A stretch of 62,949 bases of DNA, filler included, from Kipferlia bialata (taxonomy: Eukaryota): NCBI GenBank assembly GCA_003568945.1. It is 6 parts of 6 records of this genome, joined end to end, with 100 filler letters (N's around TTAATTAATTAA, not from the genome) between each part and the next. Parts side by side here need not be neighbours in the genome. Positions count along the whole stretch, not along the records: positions 45,840 to 57,181 come from BDIP01001251.1; positions 57,282 to 62,949 come from BDIP01001255.1; 4 more parts are not named here. One strand, 5' to 3'. A program made the position numbers and the translations under genes. Positions 50,706 through 62,949 of this stretch are shown here, piece by piece (the first letter of the stretch is position 1; every line of letters begins with the position of its first letter). The notes under the pieces are model-generated. The model saw only the letters and a program-made list of their open reading frames with translations, searched no databases and was not told the origin of the DNA.

Positions 50706-53700
50706 ATGTCAAACCTGGGTGGATGGCGTCGTCTAACAAGAGAGAGAGCTATAGAGGAGAGAGAGAGCTATAGAGGAGAGATAATTAGAGAGAGAGTGGG
50801 TGTGTTACTAACCTGGGTGGATGGCGTCGTCTGGCCTCTGGAAGAAACGGAACTCGGGGTTGGAGACAAGCTTGAGAGCAACCTAGAGGGTGAGAGGTAT
50901 TAACTAGTGTGTTGGAGCGATGGTATGTCTGTGGTTTTTAGTGGATGAGTATAACACACAGAGGTATACACTGTATATATATATACAGCTTGTACTCTCG
51001 CAAATATATAAGACAGGTATACATATTATCTGTCCATATACATATATACACACCTGGTGCCCCTTGTCGTCTGGGTGAGCAGAGGTGTCGCGCACACCCA
51101 CACACACACATATATATATTAATATGTATATATACATATGTATAAGGTATACACACACATATATATATATATATATCCATATATACCTGGTGTCCCTTGT
51201 CGTCTGGGTGTGCAGAGGTGTCGCACCAGCCTGGGACAGTGATGGTGGAGGAGATGTCATCCTCCATCTGGTGCTGATATTAGTACAAATGAGAACAGCA
51301 TAGCATGATACACATATATACATAAGGATACAAACATATATGTAGGTGATGATGGAGGAGATGTCATCCTCCATCTGGTGCTGGGGTGAGAAGGGTATAA
51401 TAATAAGCTATGTGTATAAAACAATACAACAAAACACATATACATGCATTGATGTGTGTATAGAGTATGCTACCTTGCGGGAGGGAGAGAAGTCGGGCCT
51501 CAGGAGGAAGTTCCTCCAGGAGCCGTCGGGGGTGATACCCACACGGAGGTAGCCTAAGGGTGAGGAAGATGTGGTATATATGTCAATGTATATACATGGT
51601 ATATGGTATATGGTATATTTGAGTCAATGGGGGTGATACCCACACGGAGGTAACCTTAGGTGTAAGTATAGAGAAGGAGTATACATTGGAAGGCTTCGTG
51701 ATGATCCAATAGAACATAGGGTACAACTATCTCTAACCTGCTCTCATCCTCTTTCCCTTGTACATCATACACCAATATATGAACATAGTATATTGTATAT
51801 CATATCATACATATAGATACATATAGTATACCTGCTCTCATCCTCTTTCCCTTGTACAGCAGCTGGTGGCCTGGCTTTCCGTTGACAATGTCAACAGAGA
51901 ACCTGGTGTGCCAGTCCTCACCCCAGTCGGCCTAGAAGTAAGGATAATAGAAATATAGAACACATACAGAGACATCCTCGGTGGATACATATACATATGT
52001 ACACCAAATACAACACTCATTCACAAACATGTATATATATATATACCTTGTAGAGAGCCTTGAGGGTCAGGACGAAGGTCCTGGCCTCGGCGGGCAGGGA
52101 CCTGAGCCAGGCGTTGTACTCAGGGGTGAAGTAGACCTAGGGTTAGAATATACATAGTATATGATAGTATATATATATTATACTTAGTATATATATGCAG
52201 TGGACCAGGCGTTGTACTCGGGGGTGAAGTAGACGGGTTAGAAATAGAATAGTACATTGGTATCACGAACACATAGTGTCACGTACATCGTCGGGTGTGA
52301 GAGCATATATACATATACATACCAATATATATATATATGTATATGGTATAATATAAACCGTTCTACGTACGTCGTCGGGTGTCAGGAGCTTGATGACGGA
52401 ACCCAGGGACCTGTCGGGGGACAGGATGGCCCTAGGGGTGAGAGAGGGGTCAACATGTATATTAACAACAATATATCAACAAGAATCCCAGCCAAATATA
52501 TACACAATTTCTCTAACGCACCCTCTTTGAACATGAATGTGTTTATGAACATGAAAGTATTCAACAAAAACTCACAAAAGAAAAGGCGTTAGTCGTATGA
52601 GGACAATACCATATTCATATACATGTAATAATATATATTACCTGCTCTTGTGCTCCTCTCTGCCGTCGAACAATGATTCAACCAGACATACATTATACAA
52701 TGAATACAAAATACAATATATATATACATATATATACACTATATACACTATTATACACTATATATGTACATTCATAGAGTATACCTGCTCTTGTGCTCCT
52801 CTCTGCCATCGGGAACGGGACGGTGGTCCTCGAACCTGGGGGTAAGTGATACACACATGAAATATCATACATATGAGCTGTAAACTTGCACTTGGATTTA
52901 GAGTTAATGCTATCATAATATGAAATATTACCTCTCGTAAAGGTTCTTGGCCAGGATCTCCTTGGTTGCCTTGATACCTGTGCCCATATACATACTATTA
53001 TACATAGTATTATTATCTTACTAATGTAGTTAGTTTCTCTACCTCTCGTAAAGGTTCTTTGCCAGGATCTCCTTGGTTGCCTTGATGACTGTGTCCAGGT
53101 CAGACACAAAGTAGCCAGCGTACACAATGGCAGCCTCGATGGGCTGGAATGAGAGAAAGGGTATTAGCTTATATGCACACAATAACTCATAACATCGGGA
53201 AAATGAAAATGATTATATAACTGGGAAGGACACTAGTCTCAAGGGAACTATTGAAGTATATATATACATACATACCTTGGAGATCTCGCTCTTGCCTCCA
53301 CCAGACACAGTGGCTGGCTTGTGGACAAAGAGGGCCCTGGAGATAAGGGGGGCAGAGAGAGGGAAATAGTATATGTATATATATATACATATTGAAAACA
53401 AATATATATGGACAAAGAGGGCCCTGGGGTAAGAGAGAGAGAGAGAGAGAGAATAATGAAGGCGTCAGTGACCCTATATAAATGAGAGTGAATAGAGCGC
53501 TATATATCCACCTTGGGTTTGTGCCGATGAGCTGCCAGACCCTGGTCTTGGAGTTCTTGACCATCTGGACCTACAAGGTTAGAGAGCACATACTAGTAAA
53601 TAATGAATGTATTTAACATTTACACAGGAATATGAATACACACCTGGTATCCGTTGGGCATCATGTAGATGACGTTGGCCTTGAGGGGGGTGGTGATCAG

Positions 53701-54295
53701 CTTGTCTGGACATCAGTATAAGGAAGAGATAGTATATAGTAAATGTGTTAAATGTATATAGTGTATACACAATGTATGTACCTGATTTGAGTGGGGGGGG
53801 GGTGGGGGGAGTGTCATTTGCAAGCAATAGTGCATATATACTGATATACTAATATATACTGTATGTGATCTGTACTATACCTGTGTCTGGGTGGTTCCAT
53901 GTGACATTGCGGTCAGGGATATATTCACATATATTCATATATATACATCATACGGGCACTATATAGATATATGAATATAGACATATATATATATAGTATA
54001 TGGGATATATACAATACATACCTGTGTCTGGGTGGTTCCATGTGACAGTGCGGTCGGGGATGGACATCTTGAGGGACTGGGGGTGAGGACAATACATAAA
54101 CACACACATATATATATATATGTATGCATATACTGTACCTCAGGGGTGTAGATGATCTGGTTCCCGAATCTCTTGTCTGTGCTGCATCCCAGCTCAGCAT
54201 CGTAGTCCATCAGGGGGCCCAGGCAGCGCCTGATATTAGAATGTGTCTAAAAACAGTATAATACATGTACAGAATATAAAAATAGATAGTAATAG

Positions 54296-54327
<32 letters not shown>

Positions 54328-55527
54328 GAATAATATGTATGTATGTATATATGTCAGCATCGTAGTCCATGAGGGGACCAAGGCAACGTCTGATGTTAAA
54401 TATATGTATATATATACTAATATATATACTATATACATATATTAATATATGTCAGCATCGTATTCCATCAGGGGACCAAGGCAACGCCTAGTATTAATAT
54501 ATATAGAGAGAGGTATGTATGTATGTGTGAATGTATGTATCTATGCTTGTGTCAGCATCGTAGTCCATGAGGGGGCCGAGGCAGCGCCTAGCATTAATAT
54601 ATATGTATATATATACTAATATATATACACATTTAAAATATATGTCAGCATCGTAGTCCATCAGGGGGCCCAGGCAGCGCATGATATTAGAATGTGTCTA
54701 AATACAGTATTATACATGTACAGATTATAAAACTAGATTACACTATCGATATGAATGTAAAGTGTTGTGGTGGATTAGGAGGCCAGGGCAACGTCTGTAA
54801 TCAGCATCCACACACACACATATACCATATATATTCTTCTATAAGTATCAAACAATGGACAATGCTACAATGAAAACCTAGAGGTACCTGGTGTTGGAGA
54901 ACTTGGTCTCCCTCCTGGCAATGCGACTGTCCTGAGGGGTAAGAGGGATGTGTTATGTTAGCGACTGCAGAATAGTGCAATTGATGCCAACGTTAATAAC
55001 TACACATACACATATGTATATATATATATGTATATATATAATGACACTGTCGCGTACTGGGTAGAAGGACTGGCCGAGCATGTACGCACAATATATACCC
55101 ATATTCATATCTATACATATGATAACACATATTCTTTGATAAAATATAGTATATACACTGTCACGTACTGGGTAGAAGGACTGGCCGAGCATGTAGGAGG
55201 ACTCAACGATGGCACCACCTGGGAGATTAGAGGATCAGAGAACACCAAATAATATACCAGAGTGAATTGGGAGAATACAAGAGACGGTGATTGGGATAGA
55301 AATGCATAAATACTATCAAGTCTTACCGGCGTGCTCCTCCTCGCAGAACCCAAGGCGGTTGGCAGCGTAGGACAGCATGCCCTTGCACTACAATAAGGGT
55401 GTAGAGAGAGAGAGAGAGATATAGAGAAAGAGGACAGCATGCCCTTGCACTACAATAAGGGTGTAGAGAGAGAGAGAGAGAGATAGAGAAAGAGGACAGA
55501 ATGCCCTTGCACTACAATGAGGGTGCA

Positions 55528-55564
<37 letters not shown>

Positions 55565-55917
55565 AGAGAGAGAGAACTCGTACCTCCTTCTTGGCGTATC
55601 CGAGGTAGGTGTCAGCGATGATGGTGATGATGGTGCCTGGGGTGAGAGGGTTAGAGACCAAGTAAAGAAGAGGAGACAATACCCAGCATACAGACTGATA
55701 CTGATACTGATGACTGTATATAAGAAACACTGCATCATCCGAAAGTGCTGAAGACTAGTACCAACATACCCTCGTGGCGGTAGACCAGCTTGAAGGGAGA
55801 GCCGGAGTGGTACTTCTCGTTCTCGTCCTTGTAGCACATGCCTGGGGGTTAGATAGGGTATATATATATGTATATATATAGACATAGATATATATATATA
55901 TGTATGTATAGACAGGA

Positions 55918-55949
<32 letters not shown>

Positions 55950-56347
55950 TGGTACTTCTCGTTCTCGTCCTTGTAGCACATGCCTGGGGGTAAGAAGAGG
56001 TTCATACCCATACAAAATATATTGAGAGACAGAGAGATAGAGAGAGAGAGACTCTAGCCTCGCAATACAAGCCTGGGGATAAGGGACATGATGACAGGAA
56101 CAGATACATATATATATATATACCATACCGGACTCCCTCTGGTGGGGCAGGGCATCCTCCCACTTGGGAAGGCCAACCTCAACCTAGGGTGAGGATGATG
56201 ATGAGATTGATAACGCGAATTATTGATGAACAGAATGATTCTGAGGCTGGTTGTATACCTTGGTGAGGTCACGGAGGTGGGGGGCGAAGATGATGCAACC
56301 GGTGGTGCCTGAGTGAGTATATAGATATATAGGAGTATTATATAGAC

Positions 56348-56378
<31 letters not shown>

Positions 56379-57049
56379 AGGGCGAAGATGATGCAACCGG
56401 TGGTGCCTGGGTGAGTATAGAGGTAGAGTATGAGAAAGATAGACGGGGGTTCCACAATCAAATGCACACACAGAGAGAGAGAGAGAGAGACTGACCTGCA
56501 AAGTGGGTGGGGTCGAGCATGAGGTCGTTCTCAGGCAGCCAGGGGTCGCCGCCGTTACCGAACACGTGCTAGGGTCAGAGAGAGAAAGAGATAGGAGGCA
56601 TAGTTACCAAACGCATGAAGAGGATGGTAGGAAGAAGGATATACAGTGTGAGACAGCAAGTGACACTGTGCGTATGCGAGAGAGATAGACATATATAGGC
56701 AGCGACTGTACCTCGATGAAGTCGAGGCAGGTGGTAAGGGAGCCAGGAGCAAAGGCCCTGAGGGTAAGTCAAAAGACATCATGAGACACACACCCACATA
56801 CACTTGTCAAAAGTCGAAAGCATCAAATGCATGCGCCATATACGAGAACTACACACCATATTTCCATCTTCTGCTCTGCCTGGAATCCCCAGACACCTGG
56901 GGACACACTCATAAGTATATACACACTATATATATACATATAGTACACTATATACATATAGTACTATACCTGATCTCCATCTTCTGCTCTGCCTGGAATC
57001 CCCAGACACCTGGGGACACGGTGGGGGTGAGGAGAAGGGAGGCCCAGGC
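45840..57049 (-). CDS. Pyrophosphate-dependent phosphoenolpyruvate carboxykinase (PPi-PEPCK / PEP carboxytransphosphorylase), partial at both ends, many exons
   Basis: Spliced peptide [78 protein letters not shown]... then [104 protein letters not shown] and [12 protein letters not shown]. These are recognisable motifs of the Entamoeba/Propionibacterium PPi-PEPCK family. Confidence 0.9.
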
Positions 57050-57181
57050 CTGAAGGTGAGCTATACATGTTAATGAGTATATGTATACAATATGTATGTA
57101 TATATACTGATCCTGGGTCAGTAGGAGGAGGGCGGCCTAGGGATGGGGGGGGGGGCACGTATATACATGCATACAGATATA

Positions 57182-57281
57182 NNNNNNNNNNNNNNNNNNN
57201 NNNNNNNNNNNNNNNNNNNNNNNNNTTAATTAATTAANNNNNNNNNNNNNNNNNNNNNNNNNNNNNNNNNNNNNNNNNNNN
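57182..57281. other. Artificial contig-joining spacer
   Basis: N44-TTAATTAATTAA-N44. Confidence 0.97.
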
Positions 57282-57498
57282 CTTGCGCATGATGTCTGTC
57301 TGCTCATCCTGGTCGCCCATATAAACAACGCCAGTGCTAGAGTCTAGCCAGCAGAGTGGGTTGACTAACCCTTGAGTTTTTGGGTCTGGTCTTTTAGTCA
57401 CTATATGAAAGAATGGTCCCTATTATGCGTGTAGGGTCTACACAGTCATACACGGTGGAGAAGTAAGGCACACCCGATTCACCTCTCTCTTTCACCCC

Positions 57499-59140
57499 AT
57501 GTATCCGGAGATTAACGCTGAACCCGAGCGTGTTCAGGGAGTTATGGTAGCTAACGGAGTGGTGGTGGACCAGTGCACCCCCTCAGTGCATGAGTGCAAG
57601 TGCTGCAGCACTGAGCGGACCCATGGCCTTGAGGCCAAGGTGAACAGGACTGTGCTGGTCTACGCTGTGCTGAGTGTGGTTTTGTGTGTGGTGACAATCG
57701 TGGCGTCCTCTCTGATATCACTGAGTGTCCGCAGCACCACCAAGGAGTACGAGTTGCTGCAGATCATCAACGAGATGTCTACCGCTGTCAACGACAACAC
57801 CAACGCAATGGACACCGTCACTGATGCATACGCCGCCCTCTATGCAGCCATCGCAGCCCTCCAGGTTGATATGGAGGGAGTGTCTGACACCTACCACGCA
57901 CAGAGCCTCACCATCGCCACCCATGACGGTGTCATGACAGGGTATGGGGTACAGCTGGCATCCCTAGCAGACTCTGCCTCTGCCACAGACACTGTCGTTG
58001 CCGCCCTCGAGACCAGGGTGTCTGACGCAGAGACAGTCACTGCCCTCAACACTAGTACAGTCTCTGCCATGGCTGAGAGGCAGGAGGAGACTGCAGAGAC
58101 CCTCACTGCCGTCAGAGACGAGAGTGTCACATCAGCTGCTGTCATGTCCCAGATGCAGAGGGACGTCTCTGCCCTAGAGGGTAGAGTGGATGGGGTTGAG
58201 GACGAACTGGCTCAGGTGGAGGCCGTGCAGGCTGTCCTGTCTACACGCATAGACAGCGTGGAGGCCAAGGAGGCGGACACTGCTCTGACCCTCTCCACGA
58301 TGGCACACTACGATGTGGACATAGCCACCCTCACCTCCCTATACACCACTCTGGATGTTATCTCTAGGGACAATGTGGCCAGGCTGGACACAGCAGTCTC
58401 CACCCAGACAGCACTGACCACCGCCATGGAGGGAGTCCTGGCCACTCAGTCCACCTTCGACACTGAGATTGACTCTGCCGTCTCCACCCTGTCTCTTGTC
58501 CAGGCTGACATGGCTGATATGGACACCAGCGTCACCACCCTCCAGCTGTCGGCAGGCAGCTACACTGACTTTGCCAGAGCCAGGGAGGTGCTGATGCAGG
58601 GCGTCACAGTCAATATCGCGTACTACATTAAGGCTTCTTTACTCCACAGCGGCAGAGGCCCTCCTGGCTGTCCAGGCTGCCTACAGTGGGGTCACTATGG
58701 TGGAGGCGGTGGAGACATCGGTTGGTACCCCGGTCTACAGCAGCGTGCTAGGGGGTGACGACTGGAGCAGTGAGCACAGTCTGACCTACAGGGCTCTCTC
58801 CTACAACACAGGGTGCTGGAGACCCAGACATGACACCGTCGGTCAGTGGATCACGCATGTCTTCAACAGCGTGATGGCCATCGCAGCGGTGGCAACTGCT
58901 GGAAGGCCCACCGCTGACACCTGGACCACCTCCTATGCCATCGAGTACTACAGCCCAGAGGCACAGGCATGGCTGTCGGCAGTGCCTGGCAAGACATCCT
59001 TTGTGGGCAACACCGACAGGAACACCATCGTCGTCCACACCTTCTCAGAGCCCGTGATCTCTGACCGCATCAGGATAGTGGCCCTGGAGTGGCGCAGTGA
59101 CATCACACTCCGCTATGAGGTCTACGCCTGGCAGTACTAG
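57499..59140 (+). CDS. Type II membrane protein: TM helix, long coiled-coil stalk, C-terminal F5/8 type C (discoidin) domain
   Basis: TM segment VLVYAVLSVVLCVVTIVASSLISL and an A/T/D/S-rich heptad stalk. The second ORF has QWITHVF...AVATAGR...WTTSYAIEY...FVGNTDRNTIV...RIRIVALEW...LRYEVY (discoidin pattern). A GT-AG intron 58620-58686 would join the two ORFs in frame. Confidence 0.82.
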
Positions 59141-59273
59141 ACACACCACCCCACTAAATCAACCGTATGCACTGCACATGATGAGTAGATAATAGATGAT
59201 ACCGACATTAGCAATCTATTGTAACGAAATACTGAATGTATAACCATCCCTGAAGTGAGATAACACCACCTCC

Positions 59274-62200
59274 TCACTCCACCTTCTGTCCCTCCTGGGC
59301 CAGGAACCTGAACCCGGCCACGGTGATACAACAGGCCAGGAGGACAAGGGTCAGGCGCTCCCTGGGGGTCAGGAGGATGCAGGTCCACACACACAATATA
59401 TGCCCATGTACATACATACGTATAAAGAGAGCATATGTGGTAGAGATGCGACAGGGATATGTGCTTGTATCTGCGTGCCCTCACCAGAAGTCTGTCATGG
59501 TTGATGCCCCACTGACAAAGGCAAGCACAGTCAGCTTGTTGCCTGTGGTGATGAACATGGACCGGGCAGCCTGGGGTGGGGCAGGGGGGGGGGGAAGGAG
59601 CAAATAAGAGGCTGCAAGGCAGAATATATTCATGAGAGTATATACACATGCCTTGAATGAGGACAGGGATCCAAAGAAGACAGCCCTGCCATGCAGCTCT
59701 GATGCGTTGTCTGCATCCAGACTGCCACAATCGTCTATGCCGCACTCCCCATAGGCAGCGTCGGCCTGGGGGTGAGGGGAGGGTGTATTACTATACGAGT
59801 GGCATGATAATACTAGGGGAATACACGTACTGGCTGCAGCTGGTCATGGAGCAGCAGGGACCCGCTGAGTGCATTGTACACAAAGAGCTCGTCCCCAATC
59901 TCCAGCACCACCGTGTGGGTGGAGTCTGAGAGGGGCTGGGAGGAGACATGCACATCGGCCCCCTCAGGCACAGCGTCCAGCCCCGGCAGGGGGGCACTCC
60001 ACTTGAAGTCACCGTCCTCACTGAGACAGTATATGTCACAGGCTGGGGTCACAAACACCACCAGGGTGTGGGAGAGAGAGGAGGGCGTGACGAAGACAGG
60101 GGGGTGGGCCAGGGGCACAGGGACGGGGAGGTCATAGGGGTCAGTGTCAGAGGCGGTGTGGGGGGAGTAGTTGGACACAAACACCCCTGTCCCTGGGTCA
60201 GCAAGGACTCTAGTCCACTCCACCCTCTCCAGACCATCACCCTCACTAACATCGGCACATATCGCGTAGTATCCATCTCTCTGCCTGGCGTTGAAGTCTG
60301 TGTCGTCGTGGGAGAGGTAGCATGCCAGGACTCCCCCACTGGAGGTAGTGCCCACAGACACACCCTGGGGTGAGGGGGGAGGAGTCTAGAGGTAGATAGT
60401 TATGTACCGAGACAATATACATACTAAAGCCCACCTGCTCAAACGAGAATGACCCCAGCTCCCCCCCTGTGGCTAGATCTAGCATGATGAGGTGGGTGTC
60501 TGACACATATGCAATGGTGTCTGGCTGGCCGTCTGCCTCCACGGCATCCAGGGAGTCCTGCTCCTCAAGGGCTGCCAGGTACCGCATCTCACGTAGCTGG
60601 GCCCTAGGGGTGAGGGTGGAGTGGAAAAACAACAAATAGTGTCATCATGGAGATTGTAAGGGAGAGAGGGTATATATAGGAGAATGCACTGCTGCCCCGC
60701 ACCTTCCCTCCTTGTGCTTCTTCCAGACTGCAGGCAGCCATGTGTCAGAGTCAGAGCCAGGCATGGCCGCCCCATAGGATATGGAAGAGGGGTGCTGGGC
60801 ACGGGACACTGCGGGTGAGGCAGAGTCACAGGACATGAAACCTATAGAGAGAGTGGAATGGTATGGTATGTCCCTACCTGCGAGCCTAGAGGTGTACCCG
60901 TGTGCGTATGGCTTTGCAGTCACATAGGATGATGACAGGAATGTGCCCAGGGTCTTGTGGGCATGGGTCAGACCAGGCCCAGGGGTGAAGGTGCCTGGGG
61001 TAGGGAGAGTAGATATCAGTGGTACCCTACATCCACAGACACTCACCTAGAGTGTCTGAGGCCGGCTTTACCAATGAGAGAGAGAGCACAGGCACCACGG
61101 GGCTGTCCTCAGGGGTCACAGTGGTGGTGACCCACAGAGTGTCAGCAGACACGGCGTCAAAGGCTGGGGTAAGGGATTGATGGAATCGCTCACAACATAA
61201 GGTCCATCCACTATACATAGATGCATATATAACCCTTGACACCCACCTGCAAAGACGTGGCATGGGGGTCTGAGGCTCTGCTGGGAGTACCTGGCAGTGA
61301 CAGAGGCCACTACCACACCCCTCTCATTACGAGCTGGAGTGAGGTACTGGATATCGAATCTGAGGATACAAATGCACATACAAGGTCGAGCTCACCTCCG
61401 TCTGGGGAGGGTGACACTGACAGCTTCCAGCTATCCAGTGAGAACACATCATCCAGGGGCATCACAGAGCTGGGGTGTGAGGGATAGAGAAAAGGAGGGA
61501 GAGAGAGGGAGACGGGACAAATGGCACACAGCTCGACAGCACACCCACCTGATGTCTATGCACCACTTGGGCACGAGGTCCTCTCTGTACAGGCAGAGGG
61601 AGAGAGAGGAGCTGAGGAAGGCCAGGTAGCGGGGCCTCTGCTGGTTGGCCCACACAGTGGGAATGGGGTCAATGCGGCCTAGGGGGTGAGAGACTGGAAA
61701 GGGGGAACGCGATTATAGTATTCACTCTACTCCCACCTGTAGCCATTGCCACCACCGCCCCCACTATGGGAATATCTCCAGACTCAGGGGCAGAGGGGGT
61801 GTCCTCTGACTCATCATCAGCATCATCACCAGTATCATCACTAGCATCATCATCGACACCAGTATCATCACCAGTAGCATCGTCGCCAGTGGCATCGTCG
61901 CCAGTAGCATCGTCACCAGTTTCGTCTACACCGGTACCGCCATCACCAGTATCATCGCCAGCAGTATTATTGTCCCCAGTGTCACTGTCACCAGTATCAG
62001 CATCACCAGTATCGTCTGAGGGGGTTTCATCATCAACGGCTGTACCATCACCCTCTGTCTCAGTGGTCCCATCCCCTGCACTGAGGGAGTCTTCTCCCTC
62101 AACCTCCTTCACCCCCTCTCCCTCTCCCTCTTCTTCACCCTGGTATGTGAGTGCCAGGTCCACCTCCTCCATCTCATATGCCCATGTGTCAGGCACCCCT

Positions 62201-62850
62201 CCCCCCAGCACATCCCCTATGCCCAGGACGTCCTGACTGTCCCTGTTGGCATAGGTGTTCCTGGGGTTGGAAGAGAGGGGGGGGGGGAGTGTGAGAGAGA
62301 GGGAGGAAAGAGGAGTTGAGAGGGAGGAAAGACTCTGACTGGCAAATAGAATGTGCAGCCAGCAGTGTCATAGAACAGTGCCATTATAGTGTCAGTGTCT
62401 ACCTGTAGAAGTGTGTGTCTGCCATGCGTGTGTATGTGTACTCTGTCCACAGGCCTAGCATACCCAGCAGCTGCACATGGGCATTGCCAGCTGGGGGTAA
62501 GAGAAAATAGTCACTATTATATAGTGGGAAGGGGGGGGAGTGAGTAATTATCACTCACACTCCATATGAGGCGAGTCTGACCTGTGTCCTTGTATCCAGT
62601 CATGACATGGGGCAGACGGATGGAATACTCTCTGTGCGTGAGAGAGTATTGTGGGATAAATATACATATATACAACACCCACATGTAGTTCCTGGTCAGG
62701 GACAGAGGAGAAAATTAATATTTATATACACCTAACAAGGTATATACACCCCATGTACATATATACCTGTAATTCCTGGTCAGGGATATGTCCAGGTTGG
62801 CCACAGAGGGGGCAGCCCAGCAGGAGTCATACGTCTCTCTGGGATTAGGG
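59274..62850 (-). CDS. FG-GAP-like beta-propeller membrane protein with acidic insertion and C-terminal TM helix (5' partial)
   Basis: Spliced segments AAPSVANLD, VVAMATGG, LSLCLYREDLVPKW, LIMLDLATGG, VVFVTPACDIYCLSEDGDFKW and terminal ERLTLVLLACCITVAGFRFLAQEGQKVE-TGA (59274). The family assignment is from motif recollection only. Confidence 0.55.
61810..62040 (-). repeat. Coding 15-nt repeat giving (GDDAT/GDDT)n acidic low-complexity region
   Basis: DDTGDADTGDSDTGDNNTAGDDTG...GDDATGDDATGDDATGDDTG in ORF 61669-62211. Confidence 0.85.
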
Positions 62851-62949
62851 AATAACACGGGATGATGGAGATGGGTCATTTCGGAAGAAGAGAGAGAGAG
62901 AGAGGGGGGGGGGGGGGGGGAAAACCCCCAGAAAAAAAAAAAATCCTTT

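Noticed and set aside
11781..57049. Anaerobic metabolism gene cluster (GRE + PPi-PEPCK)
   Set aside because: The genes are on different concatenated contigs, so co-location is an artefact.
58600..58760. Programmed frameshift between stalk and discoidin ORFs
   Set aside because: A conventional GT-AG intron (58620-58686) can join the frames.
1..62949. rRNA, tRNA, transposase or reverse-transcriptase sequences
   Set aside because: None recognised by eye; a covariance-model and repeat search would be needed to exclude small RNAs.

Overview
This is eukaryotic, intron-rich DNA. It is not one locus: six unrelated contigs are joined by 100-nt N44-TTAATTAATTAA-N44 spacers. The first five are 11374, 11369, 11352, 11344 and 11342 nt (sorted by size); the last is 5668 nt. 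The GT-AG introns have a branch point placed just upstream of the 3' splice site (CTMACCCCCAG-like). Together with the anaerobic enzymes, this suggests a free-living fornicate/metamonad protist such as Kipferlia (inference). Hand-splicing gives: (1) a ~36-exon glycyl radical enzyme fused in frame to its own radical-SAM activating enzyme; (2) a PPi-type PEP carboxykinase; (3) a membrane-anchored PAS/PAC + class I phosphodiesterase-fold protein that has lost its metal ligands; (4) the 3' end of a PP4-like phosphatase; (5) the 5' end of Tpt1/KptA; (6) an LRR + coiled-coil protein; (7) a TM-coiled-coil-discoidin protein; (8) an FG-GAP-like propeller protein; (9) a bacterial-type hypothetical protein and several lineage-specific hypotheticals. 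Two signals stand out. One is the GRE-activase fusion. The other is the many intronic partial copies of adjacent exons, which differ from the used exon almost only at synonymous positions and end at microsatellites. All exon calls are manual and untested by transcripts.
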